From positions 1 to 23,153 of the forward strand of contig JAYTHP010000225.1 of NCBI GenBank assembly GCA_043732485.1: 23,153 nucleotides of DNA, read 5' to 3'. How positions within the stretch are numbered: position 1 is the stretch's first letter; the number at the start of each line of letters is the position of its first letter. Of the stretch, positions 1 to 7,864 are shown in pieces. The notes beneath the pieces were generated by a model. The model worked only from the letters and a program-made list of their open reading frames with translations, was not told the origin of the DNA and did not search any database. The position numbers were made by a program, and so were the translations under genes. The DNA comes from Oligoflexia bacterium. Lineage in GTDB: Bacteria > Bdellovibrionota > UBA1018.

Positions 1-100
1 GAAAAATAATCTCTCCTAACGGGTGTAATTTACGACGATCTAACCTAGGATCTTCAATCGCTGAAATAATAACCGACAAATCTTCTTTTATAAGAGCCAT
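1..100 (-). CDS. ISAs1-family transposase, N-terminal part only
   Basis: Manual translation from ATG 100 (or 103), with GGGAG at 106-110 as RBS: MALIKEDLSVIISAIEDPRLDRRKLHPLGEIIF. The I-x-D-P-R...H-x-L-x-E-I pattern is typical of the DDE_Tnp_1-associated N-terminus. The frame is open to the window edge. Confidence 0.8.
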   Translation of the reverse strand, partial: MALIKEDLSVIISAIEDPRLDRRKLHPLGEIIF

Positions 101-112
101 CATCACTCCCTC

Positions 113-144
113 TTTTATGATAATTTTTAAGAATTATCATAAAA
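113..144. promoter_or_regulatory. 32-bp near-perfect palindrome upstream of the transposase (operator or leader hairpin)
   Basis: TTTTATGATAATT-TTTAAG-AATTATCATAAAA has perfect 13-bp arms. It lies between a weak - strand promoter candidate (ATGACA 171-166, 17 bp, TATTTT 148-143) and the RBS. Confidence 0.55.
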
Positions 145-179
145 AATAGAGACTTAGGATTTTTTTGTCATTTTATTTT

Positions 180-196
180 TTAATGAGACAGCCGTG
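180..196 (-). repeat. Putative left terminal inverted repeat of the ISAs1 element
   Basis: + strand TTAATGAGACAGCCGTG lies exactly at the AT-rich/GC-normal boundary. The partner repeat is outside the window. Confidence 0.6.
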
Positions 197-346
197 CCCC
201 CCCCCCCACCTTCTTGAAGCCCTACTGGGATCGCATTGTATTAAAGCGGATTAGCTTTTCCCAGCCACGTCCGAGATCTACCTGCTTACCCTTGGCGCTT
301 CAGCTTGAGACCGCCTCTCCAGCCACCCTCCCCTACTCAGCAGGAT

Positions 347-1561
347 TCAGGGGACTTCCAAAAACCCCAGCGGTTCCAACTCCTGGGCTGAGGGAAATCG
401 GCACATAGGCTGCGACTGACAAGACTCAAACAAGCGCCGCGATGGCAACAGCACTTTTAAGAGTTTTTTTTGCGATACCAGCTGACACGCTAGATCCGAG
501 AGCGCACGCACCACCGCGGCCACCTTACTGTAATCATGAGGAAATAGCTGATAGGTGGCCTCAACCAACCTCGATCGCACTGTTTCAATCGCCGCCACAG
601 GCCGTGAACTCAGCACCCTTCCCGCTTGCATCGCACAAAAATCTGCGAACTCACTGTAAAAAAGCAGATCATGCGCCATCAGTCTTTTCCAATTCACCTG
701 ACACAACCTACTATAGGACCGCAAGATCGTCTCCTCGACCCCTTGCTCGAGCTTCAGTTCGGCTGCCAAAGCCTGGAACTCAGGCCGACTATGCAAATCC
801 CACAGCCATTGGCCATCCTCATGGGAAAACAGCTTGAGACGCGCCAGCAGCAAAAAACGCAACAAATGACGCATTGCTGATTGAAAATGCGGTGAACGTA
901 GACGAAATTCTTCGATACCTTGGGGTAAAAGCCTAAGAAAAAGCGCCTGACGACTCCCCCCCTGTGCAATCGACTCTACCCAGAACTTATAAAAGTTCCG
1001 CCTTTTTGCCTCACCGATCGCCGCGCACTCCTCCGACGGCAAAGCCTCAGCCCGCTGCTGCTCAAATTCCTCAAGCAACAGCTCCCAGGTCTCCAAATGC
1101 TCACTAAATCGCAAGGCATATTCCAAGGGATTCAAGAACATTAACACTTCAGCCGGTTCTTTGCGCTCAGGAAAACCCTCAGGTCCAGGCGGAGAGCCCG
1201 CAACGCTCTCGGCCTTAAGCCCTCCACAGTCAGGGTTCCGACGCTGACCCGTCAGATCAAAAAGCTTGGGCTGGAAAGACGGATCAAGATAGTATCCAGA
1301 GGTCAGTCTCCGCACCAGCTCCCGCCGCCTGTGAAATTGCGGAGCGTTGTCAAATTGCTGACTCAGTTTTCGTAAATCAGTTTTCACCTCAAACGACTTG
1401 ACCCTCAATAAAGCTTGTGGTGTGGCTTGTGCTAGGACCTGGCCCAGCAACGAGGGGAGTAGCAGATCTAGAAAGCCTAACAGCACAAAAAACTGGGGCA
1501 ATTTTCTTGCAAAGTTACTTTTAACCCGTCGTTTTAGTAAATTTAAATTATTAGATTTCAT
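347..1561 (-). CDS. Hypothetical protein, probably secreted or membrane-anchored
   Basis: Long ORF (track 347..1660). The likely ATG at 1561 gives a basic N-region, a hydrophobic stretch and a VLA-Q cleavage-like site. No family recognised. Confidence 0.7.
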   Translation of the reverse strand: MKSNNLNLLKRRVKSNFARKLPQFFVLLGFLDLLLPSLLGQVLAQATPQALLRVKSFEVKTDLRKLSQQFDNAPQFHRRRELVRRLTSGYYLDPSFQPKLFDLTGQRRNPDCGGLKAESVAGSPPGPEGFPERKEPAEVLMFLNPLEYALRFSEHLETWELLLEEFEQQRAEALPSEECAAIGEAKRRNFYKFWVESIAQGGSRQALFLRLLPQGIEEFRLRSPHFQSAMRHLLRFLLLARLKLFSHEDGQWLWDLHSRPEFQALAAELKLEQGVEETILRSYSRLCQVNWKRLMAHDLLFYSEFADFCAMQAGRVLSSRPVAAIETVRSRLVEATYQLFPHDYSKVAAVVRALSDLACQLVSQKKLLKVLLPSRRLFESCQSQPMCRFPSAQELEPLGFLEVP

Positions 1562-1838
1562 ATTGGATCCGAAAGTTTCACAAGTGATCCCACAAATCAA
1601 GACCCTAAATCCACGACCCGCAATAAAAAACCGCCCGCACTCTACCCCTAGCTCCCGCAACCACTCCTCTCCCTTTTGAGCCCTCTTTGCCGCTTTTCTC
1701 CCGCCGCACAGCCCCCTTGCCTCAAGACGTGCGACGCTGAAACACCCTCAGATCCGCACCCCTTTGGATCCCCTCAAGCACACCCACCTCCCTAGATACC
1801 GCGCGCAGCCCCCGGCCCTCTGGCTTGGGGGGTTTGCC

Positions 1839-1867
1839 TTGCAAAAAGCCACCACCTGATCTATTGT
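1839..1867 (+). promoter_or_regulatory. Sigma70-like promoter for trmB (leaderless arrangement)
   Basis: TTGCAA (1839-1844), 17 bp spacer, TATTGT (1862-1867). ATG follows after 7 nt, with no SD. Confidence 0.5.
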
Positions 1868-1874
1868 TCGCCCC

Positions 1875-2873
1875 ATGATTGCACCCTCTTCCTCTTCCTT
1901 AAGCTCTCCAGACCTCTCAGAGTCTTCAAGACCCCTCACCCCCCTCACTGCCGCAGCTTCCCAAGCGCTCGCAGGCTCAGTGCGCACTCATGCTCTCCCC
2001 GCAACCGCAACAACGCCTGCGCCACAGCCGCAGCACGGCGAAGACCCGCAGCAGCACTCTCCCCATCACGACCCCACCAGCCTCAACCGCCGTCCTTACG
2101 TCTCGAAAAACCCCTATGCTCTCAAGATGCAGGAATTCCCAGACACGATCTTCACGAACGCTCAAAGCGAACGCTATCGTGGGCGCTGGAGTGAGCGGTT
2201 TTTAGCGCTTCAACCCCACCACCATCAGCCGTCATCTCAGAGGCCAGATCAGGGGCCAGGTGAAGCTCCAAGCCACCTCCCACACGACTTGACCGCCCCC
2301 CCCCCACCATCAGCAGCCTCCTCCCCTAAGCTCACCGTTGAGATCGGCTGCAACGCCGGCCACGTGATTTGTGAATGGGCCAAACGCGCGCCCGAGCAAA
2401 ACTTTATCGGTATTGATTGGAAATATAAGGCGATTTACCGCGCGGCTACAAAAACCCAAGCCAACGCTTCCCACAACGTCGTCTTGCTGCAAGCCAAGGC
2501 GCAGCGTCTCGCTTGGATCTTTGGCCCACAAGAAGTGGACGCTTTCAACCTGTTCTTCCCCGATCCCTGGCCCAAAAAAGCCCACTGGAAACACCGCTTA
2601 GTCACCCCCATCTGGTTGCAGGAATTGGCAAGCTGCTTGAAACCAGGGGGCGTTTTGTCGATTAAGACCGATCACCCAGGTTACTTTCAGTGGATCCTGA
2701 ATGCCGCACGCGAGGTGGAAGGCGTCTTTCGCATCATTGACCTCCAGTGGGACTTACACCAACAGCACCCAAATCCAGAAAGTTTACGTTGCCCGGAAGT
2801 CACGCTCTTTGAGCAGCTCTTTATCCGCCAAAAGTTGCCCATTCATCAATTACACTTGCAGTTACAATTATAA
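1875..2873 (+). CDS. trmB: tRNA (guanine-N7)-methyltransferase TrmB
   Basis: Motifs VEIGCNAG, NFIGID, FPDPWPKKAHWKHRL, LKPGG..KTD and TLFE. It carries a low-complexity N-terminal extension and an internal insertion. Confidence 0.93.
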   Translation: MIAPSSSSLSSPDLSESSRPLTPLTAAASQALAGSVRTHALPATATTPAPQPQHGEDPQQHSPHHDPTSLNRRPYVSKNPYALKMQEFPDTIFTNAQSERYRGRWSERFLALQPHHHQPSSQRPDQGPGEAPSHLPHDLTAPPPPSAASSPKLTVEIGCNAGHVICEWAKRAPEQNFIGIDWKYKAIYRAATKTQANASHNVVLLQAKAQRLAWIFGPQEVDAFNLFFPDPWPKKAHWKHRLVTPIWLQELASCLKPGGVLSIKTDHPGYFQWILNAAREVEGVFRIIDLQWDLHQQHPNPESLRCPEVTLFEQLFIRQKLPIHQLHLQLQL

Positions 2874-2925
2874 TTACAGCTGCAACAGCCATTGCCATTC
2901 CAGGGCTCACAGCCCAAAGCCCAAC

Positions 2926-4188
2926 CTAAGGAATAAACCTAAAATTTACAAAAACTTTTTGCTGAGCTTTGACGTGCACCACTTTGGCTGGCAGCGGTGC
3001 GCCGTAGCCCGTCTCAAGCCCCACTTGATAAGTTCCAGGCGGGAGCGAAACTCTGGCGAGCTGTAAGTCGCGAGGCAGTAGGCTCCAGGAGCGTAAATCC
3101 GCCCGGTCGATCCAAAATAGAAAAAGACCGGTCAGCTCGCCCACAAGAGGACTATCAGTCAATTCCCCCACCGCCACCGCCACCCCTGCTTTTACCGCAA
3201 GGCCTGCGACTTTTTTCGCGATCAAAGCACCAAACTTTTCCCGCAGATTTTCCACGGCTAAAGCCTCAATATTATCAGCAACTTTCGTCTCAGCCCGCAC
3301 CACGCCGTTCACGCTCACCTTGGCTTGCTGCACCGGGTTAAACCGCGGCGAGAACATCGGCACTTGATGAAAAGCCGGATCCTCGACCTTAATCGGTGCA
3401 AGTCCGTTTTCAAACAGCACAATCACTTCGCCTTCGGTTTGAAAGCGCTTTTGCGCGTGCTCACGCTCACGAGCAGACAAATGAAATATTCCCCCCCAAT
3501 CCCGCTGCTCGTCAGGCAACCCTAGTCTCCCTGCCGCCCCCCAAAGCGCTTGACCCAAACCCGACAATTGCGCAGACAAGCGGTAGGCTTTCTTATAATC
3601 GATGTAGGCGTCCTGGTCGTTGCCCGCCGCTTCAAATAAAATCCCTGAGACATAGCGTGCAAAGGCACTTTGCTGATAGCGCCGCTTACCTAGCGTCACC
3701 ATCAACTCTAACTTGCGATTCACCCGGCGCGCCTCCACCAGCGCATCCTCGAAGTTACCTATTACCGCATAGTTCATCATCAAATAGGTGCTAATCAGTA
3801 CACTTTCAAACTCTTCACCCTTATAATCACCAGCGTTTTCGCCGATCAAAAACTTCACGCTCTCATTCGTGAGACTGGTATAGTCTTTAATCTCAGCCAT
3901 CTTATCCGCTAACTGAAACAAGCGGTTGCTTTTTTCAAAGTCCCCCAGCGTGTGATACGATAAGGCAATATCGAGTAAAAACAACAGTGCATCTTTCCCC
4001 TGCGCGCCGTGCTCCTTGTAGCCTCGCTCCAGCCGCTGGGCTGCTGCTAAATAGTCTTGCGTGCGAAACAAACGATCCGACTCATGATCGTTCATGCGGG
4101 CAGAAACACAGCCCGTCAAAATCAGGAGCAACAGCAAGCCGCCCGACTGACAGGCTTTCAAGGCAAAACCCCAGCGATTCACCGTCAC
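2926..4188 (-). CDS. COG3014-like TPR lipoprotein
   Basis: Lipobox LTG-C, plus YKGEEFE, ALVEARR and ADLRSWSLLP motifs. It lies next to lpoB, as is common for this family. Start is GTG 4188 or 4182 after GGAGAGGAG. Confidence 0.82.
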   Translation of the reverse strand: MTVNRWGFALKACQSGGLLLLLILTGCVSARMNDHESDRLFRTQDYLAAAQRLERGYKEHGAQGKDALLFLLDIALSYHTLGDFEKSNRLFQLADKMAEIKDYTSLTNESVKFLIGENAGDYKGEEFESVLISTYLMMNYAVIGNFEDALVEARRVNRKLELMVTLGKRRYQQSAFARYVSGILFEAAGNDQDAYIDYKKAYRLSAQLSGLGQALWGAAGRLGLPDEQRDWGGIFHLSAREREHAQKRFQTEGEVIVLFENGLAPIKVEDPAFHQVPMFSPRFNPVQQAKVSVNGVVRAETKVADNIEALAVENLREKFGALIAKKVAGLAVKAGVAVAVGELTDSPLVGELTGLFLFWIDRADLRSWSLLPRDLQLARVSLPPGTYQVGLETGYGAPLPAKVVHVKAQQKVFVNFRFIP

Positions 4189-4447
4189 GCTCTCCTCTCC
4201 GCCACCCAACCCCGACCCGCCCCCTTTCTACTCAAGCTTGCAGCCTCAAGCGGGCGCTTTTTGCCAACGCGGGGCCTTCACTGAGCTTAGGTTGGCTAGT
4301 CATTCACCGGACTCACAAAGCTAACCCCGGGCTTTTTTCTCACGCTTTTTCTCAAAAGACGTGCAACCCCGCGCAGAACTACTCAGACCAGCAGGGCTGC
4401 AGGCTCCAAAATGACAGCAAAAACTGCGCCTTTCCGACTGTGGGACC

Positions 4448-5182
4448 TTAAAAACCGATGCTTTGCTTTTGAAATTTCTTCCTGAGTTGTTTTTCTTCGG
4501 TGCAATCAATCGTAGAGGTCTCAATATTGGTCAAATTCATCGTTAACTTATAATAGACGTACTTCTGATCACCCACCTGCTGCACGTTGGTGGCAATCGC
4601 CCCACTGAGGATATAATCAGCCCCGATCTGCTGCCCCTTCTTTTTAGCCGTTGGTCCGCTGGCATTGCCATCGTTTTGATAACGCACTTCCTCAGCCAGC
4701 GCCCCGCGCTCGCTATTATTGACAAATCTTACCTTTCCGGTCTTAATCAACGCGGTTCGCACCATGTCAGTCAAGGCTACGGTATCAATGTGCTCTTCGG
4801 TGCGATTTTGTACTTTCTCAACGCTGACCACCGGGGGTTTTGGTGCCCGTGCCACGTACCGGCAGGCCACCACCGAGCGAATGACCGTTTCGGCCATTTG
4901 CTGCATATCGGCCTCATTGAATTTATCATCTAAGAGCTCAACCCGGTTAGGATCATCGTACTCGCCGCGGGTAAAGCCCTTGGGCCCACTGCTGCAACCG
5001 CTCATCAGCAAGACGACGGCTATCACGCCTGCTGTCTTCACTCTCGCCTGGCTCGTGCTTTTGCCTGTGCGGCCATCCGTAAGCAGCTCGCCCCGCCCGG
5101 ACTCCCCTCGCTCTGTCAGCAAGGGTTCGGAAAATGATTTCAACGACATTCGACTTAAGTTCACCTTCATGAGATTCATCAT
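4448..5182 (-). CDS. lpoB: Penicillin-binding protein activator LpoB-family lipoprotein
   Basis: Lipobox MSG-C, plus VQNRTEEHIDT, GKVRFV, GADYILSG and YYKLTMNL. The start is uncertain: ATG 5182/5179 with AAGGA, or GTG 5041, which gives a normal-length signal peptide. Confidence 0.85.
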   Translation of the reverse strand: MMNLMKVNLSRMSLKSFSEPLLTERGESGRGELLTDGRTGKSTSQARVKTAGVIAVVLLMSGCSSGPKGFTRGEYDDPNRVELLDDKFNEADMQQMAETVIRSVVACRYVARAPKPPVVSVEKVQNRTEEHIDTVALTDMVRTALIKTGKVRFVNNSERGALAEEVRYQNDGNASGPTAKKKGQQIGADYILSGAIATNVQQVGDQKYVYYKLTMNLTNIETSTIDCTEEKQLRKKFQKQSIGF

Positions 5183-5555
5183 CAACAGCAATTCCTTCAC
5201 GTTAGGATTGAAAAACCAAACCCCCACTCTACCACTCCTCCCCAAAACCGCAAGCGCTCACCAAGGGGCCCCAGCTATCCTCTCATCAAAACCTCTTTTT
5301 TAAAAACGCTTTTTTAACGATCTGCCCAACCCCCCCCTCTCTCCTCCCGCGCAAGCCGGTCGGACCCTGGGCGATCCGGTACTCCCGGGCGATCGATCGC
5401 CCGCTCTTGTTGACGGGTGGGGCTTCAAGCTTTTTAGCGGGTTTTTTTGTCGCTAAAAAGGGTGAAAAGCGATTTTTTTTGTCTTTCCAGGCTACTTCTG
5501 GCACCCTTGAAAGGTCGGGCGCTCGAACCTGCCTCTTACTTTACGACAAAAACTT

Positions 5556-6599
5556 ATGAAAAAAAAATCCACTCGCAAAATCAGCAAATTAACCCCTCCT
5601 CAGGAGCAGGAGCAGCCTGCGCCAGCTCGCCCCAGCCCAACTCACGCCAAACCCGCAAGCCCGGCTTTACTGCCGCATGCATCCTTTCAGCAGGCTGCCC
5701 AGCGCAACTTAATCTTTATTCATGGAAAAGGTGGCGTCGGTAAGTCATCAATTTCCTTCGCTTTAGCGCAACTGCTTGCAAAAAAAGCTCCCACTCTTTG
5801 GGTGACGCTTGAAGACCCCCTGGCGCCCTCAGGGCCGGCGCGCGAAATTCAGCCGCAGCTATGGCATTTAAATGCTAACTTTCAAGAAAGCTTTGAAGAA
5901 TACGCCTCAATGAAGATCAAGGTTTCGGCACTCACCCGCATCTTTTTGCGCAATAAAGTGATCCGCTATCTGGCGCTTGCCGCACCCGGCATCCGGGACT
6001 TAGTGCTCTTGGGAAAAGTCTGGTATGAACGCAGCCACTATCAGCACGTGGTGGTCGATCTCCCTTCGACGGGCTACAGTATTGCGCTTTTTCAAAGCAC
6101 GCAAAACTTTTCCACTCTCTTTAACGGCGGCCCGCTCCACCGCGACGCCGAAGCGATGCTTAGTACCTTTCGCGACCCGCAAGCCACAGGACACCTCATC
6201 CTAGGCTTGCCCGAAGAAATGCCCCTAGTCGAGTCGCTTGAGCTGAACGGCCTGATCCAGGCACTGTTCCCCAAAAATCCCTGCGCTTTCTTGCTCAACC
6301 GTGCCTTTCCCCAACTCAGCCATCCACCCTTAGGCTTGCAAACCACCCCTTTTGCACTCTCGGCTGAGGATTACGCCTGGCGCAGGTCCGAGCTTGAAGC
6401 CGAAAACATCAAAATCTGGAGCCAACACGGCCTGCAGTTTCCGACCTTAAGTTACGTTCCCCCTGGCAAGTTTATGACCCGCTCGCAACTGGCCTTTTTA
6501 CTCTCCCAACAGCTAGCCCCTCACCTCAGTGCTACCCCCCTCCACAGCACCGCCCCAAGTGCCGGCTTTTTCTCCAAGAAAGTTGCCCCAGGCCTATGA
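5556..6599 (+). CDS. ArsA/Get3-family P-loop ATPase (first of a pair)
   Basis: Deviant Walker A GKGGVGKS, plus APGIRDLVLLGK, VVVDLPSTGY, LPEEMPLVES and LLNR. Confidence 0.88.
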   Translation: MKKKSTRKISKLTPPQEQEQPAPARPSPTHAKPASPALLPHASFQQAAQRNLIFIHGKGGVGKSSISFALAQLLAKKAPTLWVTLEDPLAPSGPAREIQPQLWHLNANFQESFEEYASMKIKVSALTRIFLRNKVIRYLALAAPGIRDLVLLGKVWYERSHYQHVVVDLPSTGYSIALFQSTQNFSTLFNGGPLHRDAEAMLSTFRDPQATGHLILGLPEEMPLVESLELNGLIQALFPKNPCAFLLNRAFPQLSHPPLGLQTTPFALSAEDYAWRRSELEAENIKIWSQHGLQFPTLSYVPPGKFMTRSQLAFLLSQQLAPHLSATPLHSTAPSAGFFSKKVAPGL

Positions 6600-7864
6600 G
6601 CACCCTACCCCCCACCATCGACTCCATCATCGCCCAGCGCAAAATCATCATCACCTGCGGCACAGGCGGCGTGGGTAAAACCACGCTCAGTGCCGCCATT
6701 GCCATTCGCGCAGCCTTGCTAGGCAAAAGAAGTGTCGTCATCACCATGGATCCTGCCAAACGGCTGGCCAACGCCTTAGGGTTTGCCGCACTCTCAGACA
6801 CGCCCACCGACCTCACTGGCCAGCTGCAGGCGGTGCTGGATGCGCAATCCGCTCCCTCAGCGAATTCCCAGGCCCCGTCGGCGTCGTTGTTCCCCGACCC
6901 CCAGCAGCCCTTAGGCACGCTCTGGGCGATTGTCCCTGATACCCGCCGCACCTTTGAAAATTTTGTCAAAACCCTGGCTCCTAACCCCACGATTGCAGAT
7001 AAGGTCTTGAACAACCCGATTTTTAAGATTTTTGCTCGCGACTTCTCCGGCACCAACGAATACATGGCCTTAGAGCGCCTCTACTCCTTGTATCAAAGCC
7101 AGCAGTTTGATTGCATCGTGCTCGACACCCCGCCGAGCCAAAACACCTTGGCTTTCTTGAACGCGCCGCAACTATTGGCGCAATTTTTTGAAGAAAAAAT
7201 CGTGCGCTGGTTGGTCTTACCCACCAACCAGCTCCTCTCGGCCGGGATGAAAACGACCTTTGGGATTTTGGAGCGTCTGACTGGTTCGGGCTTCATGACC
7301 AATCTTTTTGAGTTTGCAGCCTCCATCGTTTCAGTCCAGCTGAAGTTTCGCGCTAATTTGCAAAAAATCACCCAAGTCTTAAGCTCGCCTGCGGTAGGGT
7401 TCTTGATGGTGACCACCCCGACGCTTGAGACCCAAAACGAGATGAATCATTTTCTCGACCAGCTGGAACACCATCAGTTTAACTACGACGGCGTGGTCTT
7501 TAACCGACTGATGTTACCACTTAAAATGTCACCGCAACAAACCACCCCCAAGACAGCGGGCGCCTCAGAGGCAGCCGACGTTCGAGCCGACCGCAGTCAA
7601 GAGTCTACTACGGCTGAAAGTGCAGCTGACGCGGCGCTTGAGCAGGCGTTTGCGATCATTCGCGCCAGACAGGTGCGTGAGGGAGCGGTACTCAGTAAAC
7701 TCAAGGAATCGTCGCTGTTAAAAATGGCTGCCCTTTGCGCCCGCGTGCCAGAATTTGCGCGCGACATTCACTCACTGGAGGATCTGTTTCATGTCGCCCT
7801 GGTTTTGGATCAAGCGTCATCGCCTGTGTCAGCGCCTGTGTCAGCGCCTGCACCAGCGCCTTGA
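6596..7864 (+). CDS. ArsA/Get3-family P-loop ATPase (second of a pair)
   Basis: GTGGVGKTT, TMDPAKRLANALG, GTNEYMALERL, IVLDTPPS and VVFNR. ATGA overlap with the upstream gene. Confidence 0.9.
   Translation: MSTLPPTIDSIIAQRKIIITCGTGGVGKTTLSAAIAIRAALLGKRSVVITMDPAKRLANALGFAALSDTPTDLTGQLQAVLDAQSAPSANSQAPSASLFPDPQQPLGTLWAIVPDTRRTFENFVKTLAPNPTIADKVLNNPIFKIFARDFSGTNEYMALERLYSLYQSQQFDCIVLDTPPSQNTLAFLNAPQLLAQFFEEKIVRWLVLPTNQLLSAGMKTTFGILERLTGSGFMTNLFEFAASIVSVQLKFRANLQKITQVLSSPAVGFLMVTTPTLETQNEMNHFLDQLEHHQFNYDGVVFNRLMLPLKMSPQQTTPKTAGASEAADVRADRSQESTTAESAADAALEQAFAIIRARQVREGAVLSKLKESSLLKMAALCARVPEFARDIHSLEDLFHVALVLDQASSPVSAPVSAPAPAP

Larger units (their letters stand above)
1..196 (-). mobile_element. 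ISAs1-family insertion sequence, left end (continues beyond the window start)
   Basis: AT-rich segment that ends abruptly at 196. The - strand begins CACGGCTGTCTCATTAA, resembling ISAs1-type terminal inverted repeats, and is followed by the 5' end of an ISAs1-like transposase. Confidence 0.75.

Noticed and set aside
305..317. TGAGACCGCC resembling the IS terminal repeat
   Set aside because: Short partial match in the same orientation, compatible with chance.
4719..5303. 194-aa + strand ORF
   Set aside because: Antisense shadow of lpoB with no motifs.
6532..7416. - strand ORFs of 177 and 107 aa
   Set aside because: Antisense shadows of the second ATPase.
5556..7864. Arsenic resistance operon
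   Set aside because: No arsB, acr3, arsC, arsD or arsR nearby, and the genes are not a fused ArsA with evident metalloid-binding motifs.
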